Shown: piece after piece, positions 50,573 to 60,882 of the stretch
Layout of the letters: each line of letters starts with the position of its first letter
Position numbering within the stretch: position 1 is the first letter of the stretch
Source of the DNA: Terriglobia bacterium
Lineage (GTDB): Bacteria > Acidobacteriota > Terriglobia > 20CM-2-55-15
DNA: 64,000 bases
Reading direction: 5' to 3'
Assembly: GCA_965198225.1 (NCBI GenBank)
Contig: CBDAOY010000009.1
Location: 1,088,001-1,152,000, forward strand
Made by a program: the position numbers and the translations under genes
The notes under the pieces: generated by a model
Databases searched by the model: none
Told to the model about the DNA's origin: nothing
The model's input: only the letters and a program-made list of their open reading frames with translations

Positions 50573-51646
50573 CTATACGAAGACACCCGGATACCGGAGC
50601 CCGGCGGTTTCATCCCATCCGAGGGCACAGTTGAGGTTCTGAATCGCCTGACCCGCAGCGCCTTTCCCTAGGTTGTCGATCGCGACGAAGGCGACGGCGC
50701 CACGTCCTGATGCGCCGTCGACGCCGACCACGGCCCGCGGCGTGCCCAGCACCCACCTCAGCTCCGGGGAACCGTCGACGACATCGACGAGTACTTCGTC
50801 GCCGTAGGTCCGGTCGTACAGCTGCCGAATCACCGATTCGTCCATGCCCGGAAGAAAGACCGTCACGAGAATACCCCGCGGAAGGGGAGCCGACTGCGGT
50901 ACGAACTGAAGCTGGAAGTCGTTATCCGTCTGGGTGTTCAGGAACCACTCCACCTCGAGCAGATGCTGGTGTGTGAGCGGCTTGTAGGCGCGCAGGTTGT
51001 TGACCCTTTCGGGATGATGGGTGGTGGGCACGGGCTGCCGGCCCGACCCCGACGAACCCGTGATACCGGTCAGGCACACCGGACCCGACAGCCAGCCTTC
51101 CCGCGCCAGCGGAGTGAGTGCCAGCAGGATGCCGGTCGCAAAACATCCCGGATTGGCGATGAGCCGGGCTTTCCGCAACCGCTCCCGTTCGAACTCGGTC
51201 AGCCCGTACACGAAACTCTCGAGAAGGTCCGCTGCGGCATGGGCCCGCCCGTAGTAGCTTTCGTAACCCCGGGCGTCGGGCGTGCGGAAATCGCCGGCCA
51301 GGTCCACCCATATCGTGTCGGGATAGGCGTCGACGAGCCCCGGCAGGACCTCCTGAGATTCATGATGCGGAAGGCTCAGGAAGACGATGCCGACCTCATC
51401 GAGCCGCTCGGCAGCCTCTTTCGATGTGATGAACGTCTGGTCGACGAACCCCCGCAAGTTGGGGAAGACCTCGGCGACTGGTTTGCCGGCGTCGCGGTTT
51501 GCGGTCGCCCAGCCGAGGACAAGCCCGGGGTGGACGGACAAGTAACGCATGAGCTCACCGCCGCCGTACCCGGAGGCGCCCAGGATCCCCACAGCACGTC
51601 TATGTGCGATCGGATCCGGCACACCGGTCGGGTTGCGATCGGCCAC
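50573..51646 (-). CDS. argC: N-acyl-gamma-glutamyl-phosphate reductase
   Basis: GASGYGGGEL, IANPGCF and IDNLGKGAAGQA; start approximate. Confidence 0.93.
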   Translation of the reverse strand: MADRNPTGVPDPIAHRRAVGILGASGYGGGELMRYLSVHPGLVLGWATANRDAGKPVAEVFPNLRGFVDQTFITSKEAAERLDEVGIVFLSLPHHESQEVLPGLVDAYPDTIWVDLAGDFRTPDARGYESYYGRAHAAADLLESFVYGLTEFERERLRKARLIANPGCFATGILLALTPLAREGWLSGPVCLTGITGSSGSGRQPVPTTHHPERVNNLRAYKPLTHQHLLEVEWFLNTQTDNDFQLQFVPQSAPLPRGILVTVFLPGMDESVIRQLYDRTYGDEVLVDVVDGSPELRWVLGTPRAVVGVDGASGRGAVAFVAIDNLGKGAAGQAIQNLNCALGWDETAGLRYPGVFV

Positions 51647-51674
51647 GGGGGATCCTGCTTCCGGGCCGGGATGG

Positions 51675-52730
51675 CTATGAAACCCGGCGCGCATTGGTGT
51701 TGAGGAGGCTGCGGACCACTTCCCCAAGGCGGGCCGGATAGCGACACGCGTTGACGGCGGGCCGGTTGAACTGCGCTTCCAGGTACTCTACGCCGACCAG
51801 GCTGTCGGTCACCGGGCCGGAGAACAGGTCGATGTGGATGCCGTGGTCCGAGAGATACCGATGGCCGCCCCATGCACCGGCCAGGTCGCTGGCGCAGAAC
51901 AGGTGCAGGCGCATCGCCCGGCGAATCACGGGGTCCTTCAGCAGATCCAGAACGCCGTAGTCACCGATCACTCCGTCCCCCAGCTCCACAACGATCAGGT
52001 CCGGGGAGTATGAGGCAAGATGGGTAACGAGGGTTCCGGCGATGTCGGCGCGAGCGGCCTGATCAAGCCCGGCCGTCGACGGGTACCCGGCATCCAGGAA
52101 CGATGCCGTTCCGATGGCTCCGTGGCCTTTCATGGCGATCAGGTCTCTCAAACAAGCGACCCCGGTCAGTTTCGCGGCCGCCACGCGGAAGCCCGCTCCC
52201 GACAACTCGCGAACCAACTCCGTAACCAGCCGTGTCTTTCCACTCTCCATGGACGTGCCGGACACGACAACCAGGGGCGGCATCCGGAGACCATCGCTGT
52301 CGAGGGCTGGCCCGACCCGGGCGTCCTGAAGATTAGGGATCCTGGCGTGAATGAATGGCATGCCGATCACTTCACAGGCGAGGGGGGAGCCCAGTTGCTG
52401 GTGCTCCCTCGCCCGGGCGCCGACGACGCCACCCCGGTTCAGAATCGCCAGGACGTCGCCGACGCTGACTCTCTGGGGTACTTCGCCGTCGAAGCCCCTC
52501 AGCGCCCGCCGGCAGCCGAGTGCGCCGACGACGACGTCGCCCTCCAGGATGCGCACCAGGTTTCCGTTCGAAAGCTCCAGCTCCTCCGACCTCGAACGCT
52601 GTCCGAGTACCCGGACCACGATGGGGTTGCCCGTCCGGGCTTCGAGGTGAGTCGTGATCGGGAGCTCGGATCCCAGGTTCAGGCGATGAACCACCGAGGC
52701 GATCTTGTCAACCTGCACGGTTTGCAGCAT
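51675..52730 (-). CDS. DUF1611/DgcN-like P-loop-fold protein embedded in the arg operon
   Basis: GTSMESGKT, AKLTGVAC.RD, FLDAGYPST and VVELGDG; start overlaps the 3' end of argG. Confidence 0.7.
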   Translation of the reverse strand: MLQTVQVDKIASVVHRLNLGSELPITTHLEARTGNPIVVRVLGQRSRSEELELSNGNLVRILEGDVVVGALGCRRALRGFDGEVPQRVSVGDVLAILNRGGVVGARAREHQQLGSPLACEVIGMPFIHARIPNLQDARVGPALDSDGLRMPPLVVVSGTSMESGKTRLVTELVRELSGAGFRVAAAKLTGVACLRDLIAMKGHGAIGTASFLDAGYPSTAGLDQAARADIAGTLVTHLASYSPDLIVVELGDGVIGDYGVLDLLKDPVIRRAMRLHLFCASDLAGAWGGHRYLSDHGIHIDLFSGPVTDSLVGVEYLEAQFNRPAVNACRYPARLGEVVRSLLNTNARRVS

Positions 52731-53946
52731 TTAGGCCTTGCTCCTTGAGATCGCGATCCTCGACGCCGCGGTGAAGCCGTGACGGCACCGCGGCAATGGT
52801 GCTGTACCCTCTCGCGTCTTGCCCGCTCCAGAGGGTCGGCATCTCACCGTAGATACCGCTCTCGGCTCCGACCAGGGTATTGGGGCTGCGGACTCCCGTG
52901 ATCCCAAAGTGTCTGTGGGTCATCGACACGCGGGCCTCACCCGAAACCCGTTCCTGCGACCGGTCGATCAGGGCTTCGATGTCGCCCAGGGCGGGCTCGA
53001 ACGCGAGGCCCTCGTGGAGCATCTTTCCGTAGAACTCCCCGAGGTGATCCTTCCAGAACCGCTGCCACGATGTCGTTGTGATTTTCTCCAGCTCCCGGTG
53101 GGCATGGATGAGCACGAGTGCGGCCCCCGCTTCGAAGGCGATACGTCCCTTGATGCCCAGGACGGTGTCTCCGATGTGAATGCCCAGGCCGACCCGGTGC
53201 CGGCGGCAGAGGGTTCCCAGGGTCGTGATCAGTTCAGGGCCGTTGTATTCGGTGCCGTCGAGCGTCACCGGAACCCCGTGATCGAACCCGATCACGGTCT
53301 CTTCGCCGTCGACGCTTCCACCGTTTCCGGCGGCGTGCTCATAGACGTGATCGGGAATGGCCTCCCAGGGATCGTGGGTTTCGCCGCCGCCGATCGTGCT
53401 GCCCCAGAGGCCGGCGTTGATCGAATAGCGCCGCGATGAGGCCTGGATTTCGACGCCGTGATCCCGGAGATAGGCATACTCCTCATCCCGGCTCAGTTTC
53501 TGATCGCGCACGGGCGTGATGATTTCCAGTTGCGGGCACAGCACGTGGAAAGCGACGTCGAAACGTACCTGGTCGTTGCCTGCGCCAGTCGAGCCGTGGG
53601 CCACCGCGTCAGCCCGCGCCTCGAGGGCATGTTCGGCGACGACTCGGGCCTGCACGACGCGTTCGGCGGCGACCGCCAGGGGATACACCTGGCCGCGCAG
53701 GATGTTGCCTTTGATCAGGTAGCTGATATAGCGGTCGAAGACCTCCTGCCGCGCGTCCACGGTATGGTGGGACGCCACCCCGAGCGCCATCGATCGTTCC
53801 TCCAGCCCGAGGAGCTCTTCTTTCTCGAAGCCACCCGTATCGACCGTGACCGTCACAACGTCGAAACCACGTTCGATGAGGTTCAGGATGCAGTAGGAGG
53901 TGTCGAGCCCTCCCGAATACGCGAGAACGACCTTCTTGCTGGACAT
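52708..53946 (-). CDS. argG: Argininosuccinate synthase
   Basis: KVVLAYSGGLDTS; HGSTGAGNDQVRF. Confidence 0.96.
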   Translation of the reverse strand: MSSKKVVLAYSGGLDTSYCILNLIERGFDVVTVTVDTGGFEKEELLGLEERSMALGVASHHTVDARQEVFDRYISYLIKGNILRGQVYPLAVAAERVVQARVVAEHALEARADAVAHGSTGAGNDQVRFDVAFHVLCPQLEIITPVRDQKLSRDEEYAYLRDHGVEIQASSRRYSINAGLWGSTIGGGETHDPWEAIPDHVYEHAAGNGGSVDGEETVIGFDHGVPVTLDGTEYNGPELITTLGTLCRRHRVGLGIHIGDTVLGIKGRIAFEAGAALVLIHAHRELEKITTTSWQRFWKDHLGEFYGKMLHEGLAFEPALGDIEALIDRSQERVSGEARVSMTHRHFGITGVRSPNTLVGAESGIYGEMPTLWSGQDARGYSTIAAVPSRLHRGVEDRDLKEQGLNAANRAG

Positions 53947-53957
53947 GGGTACCTCTC

Positions 53958-55382
53958 TTACCCTTCGGAAGTGGTCGCGGGCACCGCGGCCGATAGCATC
54001 TTTTCCTCGCGCAGCCGCTTTGTGATGTCGCGAAGACGCACGATCTCGGCCCGGACGCGGCGCGGCGCGGTACCTCCCACGACGTCTTTGTTCTCCAGGG
54101 CCGCGGTGACAGACAGCGCATCAAATAGATCGACGTCGAATGCTCGATGGATCGCCCGATACTCCTCGATGGACAGGCTCGCTAGAGATGTTCCCCGGCT
54201 CTGGGCCGTCCGGACCGCCTCGGCGCTCCGCTCATGTGCCTGGCGAAACGGCACTCCCTTGCGGGTCAAGTAGTCGGCCACGCTGATCGCGTCGATGTGC
54301 CCACCTTCCAGTGCCGCGGTTGCGCTCCGGCGGTTCACGACAAGAGTCCCGACGATAGTATCGAACACCGGTATGATCAGGTTCACGGTATCGGCCGCGT
54401 CGAAGGTCCCTTCCTTGTCTTCCTGAAGATCCTTGTTGTAAGAGAGCGGCAAGCCTTTCAGCGTGGTCACGAGCGCGACCAGGTGCCCGAGCGTGCGTCC
54501 GCACTTGGCACGCCCCAGCTCGCAGGCGTCGGGGTTCTTCTTCTGCGGCAGCATGGAACTGCCCGAGGCCACAGATTCGTCCAGCTCGACGAATCCGAAC
54601 TCGCTCGAAGACCACAGGATGAGATCCTCGCCCAGGCGCGACACGTGGACCAGAAACAGGACGCAGGCATGCAGGAAGTCGCACGCAAAGTCTCTGTCAC
54701 TGACCGCATCCAGCGAATTGTGAGTCATCCGCGCGAAACCGAGACGCCGCTGGAGATCGTCCCGGTCGATGCCAAACTGATTGCCGGCGCACGCCCCCGA
54801 TCCCAGTGGGCACGAGTCCGCTTGATCGGCCGCCCAGGTGAATCGTCCGTGGTCGCGCAGAAACATCTCCGCGTAGGCGAGCAGGTGATGGGCAAACAGG
54901 ACCGGCTGTCCGCGCTGGAGGTGTGTGTAGGCCGGAATCACGACGTCGAAGTTGAGTTCGGCTTGATCGACGAGGGCGTCGATCAGCGACAGGAGGTCGC
55001 GCGCGATTCCCTCCGACTGGTCCCGCAGGTGGAGGCGCAGGTCCGTCGCGACCTGGTCATTGCGGCTGCGGCCGGTGTGGAGCCTCGCCGCAGGTTCACC
55101 CACCAGCTCCGTCAGACGGCCTTCGATGTTCATGTGGATGTCTTCCAGTTCTTCGGAAAACACGAACTGCCCGGACTCTATCTCCAGTTGGACCTGTTCG
55201 AGGCCCTCGCCGATCCTCCGGCTGTCCTCGTCGGAGATGAGGCCGCTCCGGCACAGTGCGTCGTTCCAGGCGCGACTGGATTCGATGTCCTCCTGGAAGA
55301 GCCGTCGGTCAAAACCGATGCTCGCGTTCAGGCTCCGAAACGAGGCGTCCATGGGTTTGGAGAAACGCGCGCTTCGCTTCAC
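53958..55382 (-). CDS. argH: Argininosuccinate lyase
   Basis: HTGRSRNDQVATD; SGSSMLPQKKNPD; YNKDLQEDK. Confidence 0.97.
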   Translation of the reverse strand: MKRSARFSKPMDASFRSLNASIGFDRRLFQEDIESSRAWNDALCRSGLISDEDSRRIGEGLEQVQLEIESGQFVFSEELEDIHMNIEGRLTELVGEPAARLHTGRSRNDQVATDLRLHLRDQSEGIARDLLSLIDALVDQAELNFDVVIPAYTHLQRGQPVLFAHHLLAYAEMFLRDHGRFTWAADQADSCPLGSGACAGNQFGIDRDDLQRRLGFARMTHNSLDAVSDRDFACDFLHACVLFLVHVSRLGEDLILWSSSEFGFVELDESVASGSSMLPQKKNPDACELGRAKCGRTLGHLVALVTTLKGLPLSYNKDLQEDKEGTFDAADTVNLIIPVFDTIVGTLVVNRRSATAALEGGHIDAISVADYLTRKGVPFRQAHERSAEAVRTAQSRGTSLASLSIEEYRAIHRAFDVDLFDALSVTAALENKDVVGGTAPRRVRAEIVRLRDITKRLREEKMLSAAVPATTSEG

Positions 55383-56290
55383 AGCGACCCCTCGAGGACG
55401 GAGACGGGCCTGCCCGACACGGGCAGAACGAGCGTGCCCTGGCTGCCCGGTTCACACGCTTCCCGCAGCAGGGCGTGTGGCGACTGGCCGTCGATGAGGT
55501 GAGCACTCCGGGTTCCACCCTCCAGGGCCCGGACCATGGTAGTCAACTTGGGGATCATGCCGCCGCGCACGACTCCCGCTTCGATCAGCGCCTGGATGGC
55601 ATCGAGCGTGACTTCCGCGATCCGGCTGTTGCGGTCCTCGCGATCACGGAGGATTCCCGGGACGTCGGAGAGGACCAGCAGTTTGTCGGCCCTCAGGCTG
55701 ATGGCGATCTCCGACGCGACCGTATCGGCGTTGATGTTGAAGACGTTTCCATCGAGATCCGCACCAAGCGGGGAAATCACCGGAACGAATTGACGATCCA
55801 AGAGGTGTCCGAGTAGCTCCCGGTCCACCCTGCGAACGTCGCCGACGTTCTGGAAGTCGACCAGTTCGCGTTCGCCGCTCTCTCGATCGATCATCCAGCG
55901 AGGCGGACGGCGCGTCGCGTCGATCAGGTTTCCGTCCACGCCCGACAGGCCTACGCCGGGCACACCCTGTCGACGGAGCGCAGCGACGAGGTCAGTGGAA
56001 ATTCGGCCGGCGAACACCATCTTTGCGAGCTCCAGCGTCTCGGTGTCGGTGACCCTCCGGCCGTTCACTGTTGTGCTTCCGATGCCCAGGCGATCCGCCC
56101 ACCCCTCCAACTGCGGTCCTCCGCCGTGGACGATGACAAGGCTGATGCCTGCGTCACGAAGCAGGGAGATGTCCGAAGCGAACCCCTCGATGACCGGCGC
56201 ATCCTTGAGCAGTTCGCCACCGATCTTGACCACAAACTGGCTGTCTCTGTAGATGCGCAGATCCTCGAATGACAGAACGCCCGCGTTCAT
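55379..56290 (-). CDS. argB: N-acylglutamate kinase
   Basis: VVKIGG, VHGGGPQ, NINADTVA and GGMIPK; GAGG SD. Confidence 0.94.
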   Translation of the reverse strand: MNAGVLSFEDLRIYRDSQFVVKIGGELLKDAPVIEGFASDISLLRDAGISLVIVHGGGPQLEGWADRLGIGSTTVNGRRVTDTETLELAKMVFAGRISTDLVAALRRQGVPGVGLSGVDGNLIDATRRPPRWMIDRESGERELVDFQNVGDVRRVDRELLGHLLDRQFVPVISPLGADLDGNVFNINADTVASEIAISLRADKLLVLSDVPGILRDREDRNSRIAEVTLDAIQALIEAGVVRGGMIPKLTTMVRALEGGTRSAHLIDGQSPHALLREACEPGSQGTLVLPVSGRPVSVLEGSL

Positions 56291-56308
56291 GGACGGCCCT
56301 CGGTTATA

Positions 56309-56346
56309 TGTGAATATATATGCATATAGAAGCATAAGTATGCATT
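56309..56346. promoter_or_regulatory. Tandem ARG boxes (ArgR operators)
   Basis: tgTGAATatatATGCAta and gaAGCATaagtATGCAtt, 2 bp apart, between divergent argB and argR. Confidence 0.85.
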
Positions 56347-56394
56347 CATTTGGGGTCTCGCGTCAACCCTCCTTGTTATAATTCCAGCGACACG

Positions 56395-56841
56395 ATGAGC
56401 ATCAAGAGACTGCGCCACAACGCGATTGTCGAGCTGGTCAAGGCCGGGAGTGTGGAGAGTCAGGAAGGACTCGCACGTGAGCTGCGCCGAATGGGCATGA
56501 ACGTGTCGCAGTCGACCCTTTCGCGGGACATCCGCGAGCTGGGCCTCGCGAAATCCGGTCGCGTCTACACGGTGACTCCGACGAACACCCGGGGCGGATC
56601 CAACCCCACGCTGCGGAGGATCCTCGATGAGTTTCTCCTTCAGGTGGACTCGGTGCAGCAAACACTCGTCCTGAAGACCCGGCCAGGCAATGCGGCAACC
56701 GTGGCTCAGGCAATCGACGACGCCGAGTGGCCCGAAATCGCCGGTACAATAGCCGGAGAAGACACCATCTTCGCGTTATGCCGTTCGAAGGGTGACGTCG
56801 GGCGCCTGCAGGAGAGGATCAGGAAGCTTCTGACCCAATAG
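56395..56841 (+). CDS. argR: Arginine repressor
   Basis: SQSTLSRDIREL; GTIAGEDTI. Confidence 0.95.
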   Translation: MSIKRLRHNAIVELVKAGSVESQEGLARELRRMGMNVSQSTLSRDIRELGLAKSGRVYTVTPTNTRGGSNPTLRRILDEFLLQVDSVQQTLVLKTRPGNAATVAQAIDDAEWPEIAGTIAGEDTIFALCRSKGDVGRLQERIRKLLTQ

Positions 56842-56853
56842 GTGCCGCTGCTG

Positions 56854-57040
56854 CTAGTGGCCTGTAACGGAGACATCGGTACCAGCGTTCCGCCGCAACC
56901 CTCCGGGCCGATGGGGGTTGGGGTCGATCTCTTTGTCGTTCGTCGTCATGATGAAACCGCATCAATTCCTCCTCTCTCCTCGACCTCGACTGGCAAGACC
57001 CATCGGCGATGGTGCCGCTATCTCCGTTACAGGCCACTGG
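56854..57040. mobile_element. MITE-like element copy 2 (opposite orientation, shorter)
   Basis: ctagtggcctgtaacggagacatcggtacca ... tggtgccgctatctccgttacaggccactgg; interior matches the reverse complement of copy 1. Confidence 0.8.
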
Positions 57041-57202
57041 CGTCCCTTGCTATCCAAAGCTTTATCGAGTGTCACAACCCATGTAAGATATTCTTTCTAA
57101 ACCGCGAAGAATCGCTGAAAGCGAACGGGTCCCGGGACCGCTGAGGGCGTATTGCCCGCCTCGGCTCGGAGTTTTTCGCGTGATTCAACACTCGAGGTGG
57201 CG

Positions 57203-59425
57203 ATGGTCGGATTATCTGTTGGATTCGTTTCTCAAAAGCGTGCGCTGTCTCTCCTGATTCTTTTCTGCGTTCTCGTCCCAGGAGCTGCTGCCGACGATTG
57301 GACGGAACTACGCGGCCCGAACCGCGACGGCGTTTCGGCAGAGAGTGGCCTGCCCGACAGCTGGTCTCTGGACGGCGACAACCTACTCTGGCGTGTCCCA
57401 TACGGAGGACTTTCCGGCCCGGTTGTCCTCGGCGATCGGGTCTACCTGCAGAACTCGGTCGGCGAGGGCGCCACGATTCAGGAGCGCGTCCTCTCCTTCG
57501 ACGCCGACAGCGGGGAACTGCTCTGGGAACAGCGCCTCAACATCACACACAGCGACGCGCCCTCACACCGGGCCGGCTGGGCGACGCCCGGGCTGGATGC
57601 GGAAACCGGCAACGTTTACATCATCACGGCCGACGCGACGCTCGCCGCTTACTCCCGGGAAGGCGATCCGGTTTGGCGGCGCCAGCTGACTGAAGAGTTC
57701 GGTTTCCTGACCACGCACGGCGGGCGGGTCACATCGCCGATGGTCGACGGCGATTTCGTGATCGTCGCGGGCATCACCTTCAACTGGGGCGAGTTTGCGG
57801 GCGGCGGCCAGCGGTTCATGACGTTCGACAAGCGGACCGGCGAAACCGTCTGGGTCAGCTCGCCGGGCCAGCGACCGTACGACACGACCTATTCGCCCCC
57901 GATGATTACCGAAATCGACGGAGTGCGCCTGATCGTGGCCGGGGGCAGCGATGGAGCCTGGTATGCGATCCGCGCGTCGACCGGCGAGCGTGTCTGGCGG
58001 TATGCCGTGTCCAAACGCGGCCTCAACACGGGTGCGATCCGCGTTGGCGACAACCTGATCCTCTCCCACAGCGAGGAAAACCTTGAGACCAGCACGATGG
58101 GTTTCCGGGCGTCTCTCGACCTCAGGAGCGCGGGTGAGGTCACCGACAGCGACACCAACTGGCTGCATCGGGGCTTTCTCGCCGGCTATGCCTCGCCGGT
58201 TACCGATGGCGAGCGGATCTACCAGGTCGACAACGGGGCGATGCTCGGAGCTTTCGATATCGACACAGGCGAAGAACTGTGGTCGCTGAAGCTCGGGACG
58301 ATCCAGAAAGCCGCCCTTGTGTATGCCGACGGCAAGCTCTACGTCGGGACGGCGAACAGCAAGTTCTACATCCTGCGGCCCGGTCCCGATGGATGCGAGA
58401 TCCTGAGCGAGGTCGAGGTCGGAAACCCGGACAACCCCGAACAGGTTACCGCCGGCGCGGCTGTTTCGAACGGCCGCGTGTATTTCTCGACCGCACAGGC
58501 CCTCTACGCGATCGGCAGCCCCGATAGTCAGGCGCCCACTTGGACGCCTCATGCACCGGCCAGGGCGACAACCACGGCGGGAGCGCCCGCGACGATGCTG
58601 GTCGTCCCTGGTGATGTCACGGTGTCGCCGGGCGAGAGCGTCGACTTCCATGTCCGTCTCTTCGATGCGAAGGGCAACTACGCCGGTGAGAGCGAAGCCG
58701 AATGGTCGCTCGATAGCCTGGGCGGTGCGATCTCTCCCGACGGTACCTACACGGCTCTGGACGAAGCACAGGGTTTTGCGGGCAAGGTCCGGGCCACCGC
58801 CGGCGGCATCAGCGGCGAGGCTCGCGTTCGGGTCATCCCGCCCCTGGACTGGGGTACCAATTTCGACGATTTTGACGTCGGAGGATTGCCGGCCTGGTGG
58901 CTGAACACGCGGCTCAAGTACTCCGTGACGGAGCTCGATGGCAATAAGGTGTTCACGAAGCGCGCCGACAACCCGTTCTCTTTCATCCGACGCGCCCGCA
59001 CGTACGGGGGGCAGCACACCGCGTCCAACTACACGACCGAGGCGGAATTGAGGTTTGCCATGAGGCGCCGAACCATGGGCGACGGCGGAATCGTCGCCCA
59101 GGGTTACCAGCTCGTGATCTTCGGAAACCACCAGCGCCTCGAGCTCCATTCGTGGCAGCCCGAGACCGAGCGCACGGTAACGGCTCCGATGAGGATCGAC
59201 GCCGATACCTGGTACCACATGAAACTGGAGGTCCAGACTCTGTCCGACGGATCGGTACGGGCTCGCGGCAAGGCGTGGCCAAACAGCGAGTCGGAGCCGG
59301 CGGACTGGACCCTGGAACGCATCGATCCGCCCGGCTTGGGTATTCTTACTGGGGCGCCGGGTCTCTACGGCGACGGCCGCAACGAAATCTACTTCGACAA
59401 TTTCAAGGTAACTCCCAGCCGATGA
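57203..59425 (+). CDS. Exported PQQ-like (BamB/AfsK-type) beta-propeller with Ig-like and ConA-like C-terminal domains
   Basis: DWTELRGPNRDG; repeated DxxxGexxW blades; C-terminus WYHMKLEV..YFDNFKV. Confidence 0.82.
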   Translation: MVGLSVGFVSQKRALSLLILFCVLVPGAAADDWTELRGPNRDGVSAESGLPDSWSLDGDNLLWRVPYGGLSGPVVLGDRVYLQNSVGEGATIQERVLSFDADSGELLWEQRLNITHSDAPSHRAGWATPGLDAETGNVYIITADATLAAYSREGDPVWRRQLTEEFGFLTTHGGRVTSPMVDGDFVIVAGITFNWGEFAGGGQRFMTFDKRTGETVWVSSPGQRPYDTTYSPPMITEIDGVRLIVAGGSDGAWYAIRASTGERVWRYAVSKRGLNTGAIRVGDNLILSHSEENLETSTMGFRASLDLRSAGEVTDSDTNWLHRGFLAGYASPVTDGERIYQVDNGAMLGAFDIDTGEELWSLKLGTIQKAALVYADGKLYVGTANSKFYILRPGPDGCEILSEVEVGNPDNPEQVTAGAAVSNGRVYFSTAQALYAIGSPDSQAPTWTPHAPARATTTAGAPATMLVVPGDVTVSPGESVDFHVRLFDAKGNYAGESEAEWSLDSLGGAISPDGTYTALDEAQGFAGKVRATAGGISGEARVRVIPPLDWGTNFDDFDVGGLPAWWLNTRLKYSVTELDGNKVFTKRADNPFSFIRRARTYGGQHTASNYTTEAELRFAMRRRTMGDGGIVAQGYQLVIFGNHQRLELHSWQPETERTVTAPMRIDADTWYHMKLEVQTLSDGSVRARGKAWPNSESEPADWTLERIDPPGLGILTGAPGLYGDGRNEIYFDNFKVTPSR

Positions 59426-60882
59426 ACACAAACATGAACAAGAATCGAAAGCGAAGTCGGGTTGTTTCTTACGGACGCTTGTTGGTGCTGTGTCTGACCG
59501 CGCTGCTCCTGGTACAGGAGCGCGTGGCTCCGTCGTCCGAACCTTCGGACCCCGGGACCGGGGACTGGCCGATGTGGGGCGGCACCCCGGACCGCAACAT
59601 GGTTTCCGACATGGAGGGACTTCCCACCGAATGGGACGTCGATACGGGCGAAGGTGTCAAGTGGTCGGCCGAGCTCGGGTCGCAGACCTACGGCAACCCG
59701 GTCGTCGCCGAGGGCATGGTGTTCATCGGGACGAACAACGAGACTCCCCGCGATCCCGAAGTGACCGGCGACAAAGGCATCCTGTACGCTTTCCGGGAGT
59801 CGGACGGCGAGTTCCTTTGGCAGATCGCCTCCGACAAGATGCGGGAAGGCCGCGTCAACGACTGGCCCTACCAGGGTATCTGCTCCTCGCCGCTCATCGA
59901 AGACGGAGTGCTCTACTACACGACGAACCGCAGCGAAGTGGTCGCCGTCAACATCCGTGCGAAGGATGCCGATGGAAAACCCGTTCCCGAGATTCTCTGG
60001 GCGTTCGACATGATGGAGGAACTCGGAAACCATCCGCACAACATGACGAACGCGTCCCCGGTCGTCTACGGAGACCTGTTGTTCATCAATACTGCGAACG
60101 GTCAGGACGAAACCCACGTCAACATCCCGTCGCCCCGGGCGCCGGCGATCGTCGCCCTCAACAAGAAGACGGGCGAGCTCGTCTGGGAAGACGCTTCTCC
60201 GGGCGAGAACATCCTGCATGGACAGTGGTCGACTCCTACGATCGGCGAGATCGGCGGTGTGCTACAGGCGGTCAACGCGCAGGGAGATGGATGGATCCGC
60301 GGTTATGCGGCCGAGACCGGCGATAAGCTCTGGGAGTTCGACACCAACCCGAAAGACTCCGTGTGGCCCCGGACTCGTAACGAGTTGATCTCGACGCCCG
60401 TGATCCATGACGGACTCGTTTACATCGCCAACGGTCAGGACCCGGAACACGGCGAAGGCGTCGGTCACCTCTACGCCATCGATCCGACCAAGCGAGGGGA
60501 CATCACCGAGACCGGGATGGTGTGGCACTACACCGAGATCCGGCGCTCGATCTCGACGCCGTCGATCCGAGACGGCATTCTTTACATTCCCGATTTCAGC
60601 GGATTCGTCCACGCCCTGGACGCGAAGACCGGCGAGCAGATATGGAAGTACGACATGCTGGCCGCGATGTGGGGTTCGACGATGCTGGCCGGCGGAAAGA
60701 TCTATATGGGAGACGAGGACGGCGACCTGATCGTCATGGAAGAAGGCCGGGGGATGAACGTCATCTCGGAGATCAACATGGGCAGTTCGGTGTACTCGAC
60801 CGTCGTGCCAGCGAACGGGGTCCTCTACATCGCCACGCGCAACATGCTCTACGCCATCGACGGAGCGCATGAAGGCCCTTGA
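59422..60882 (+). CDS. Exported PQQ-like beta-propeller protein
   Basis: DWPMWGGTPDRN; ALDAKTGEQIW blades; ATGA overlap with the upstream gene. Confidence 0.85.
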   Translation: MNTNMNKNRKRSRVVSYGRLLVLCLTALLLVQERVAPSSEPSDPGTGDWPMWGGTPDRNMVSDMEGLPTEWDVDTGEGVKWSAELGSQTYGNPVVAEGMVFIGTNNETPRDPEVTGDKGILYAFRESDGEFLWQIASDKMREGRVNDWPYQGICSSPLIEDGVLYYTTNRSEVVAVNIRAKDADGKPVPEILWAFDMMEELGNHPHNMTNASPVVYGDLLFINTANGQDETHVNIPSPRAPAIVALNKKTGELVWEDASPGENILHGQWSTPTIGEIGGVLQAVNAQGDGWIRGYAAETGDKLWEFDTNPKDSVWPRTRNELISTPVIHDGLVYIANGQDPEHGEGVGHLYAIDPTKRGDITETGMVWHYTEIRRSISTPSIRDGILYIPDFSGFVHALDAKTGEQIWKYDMLAAMWGSTMLAGGKIYMGDEDGDLIVMEEGRGMNVISEINMGSSVYSTVVPANGVLYIATRNMLYAIDGAHEGP

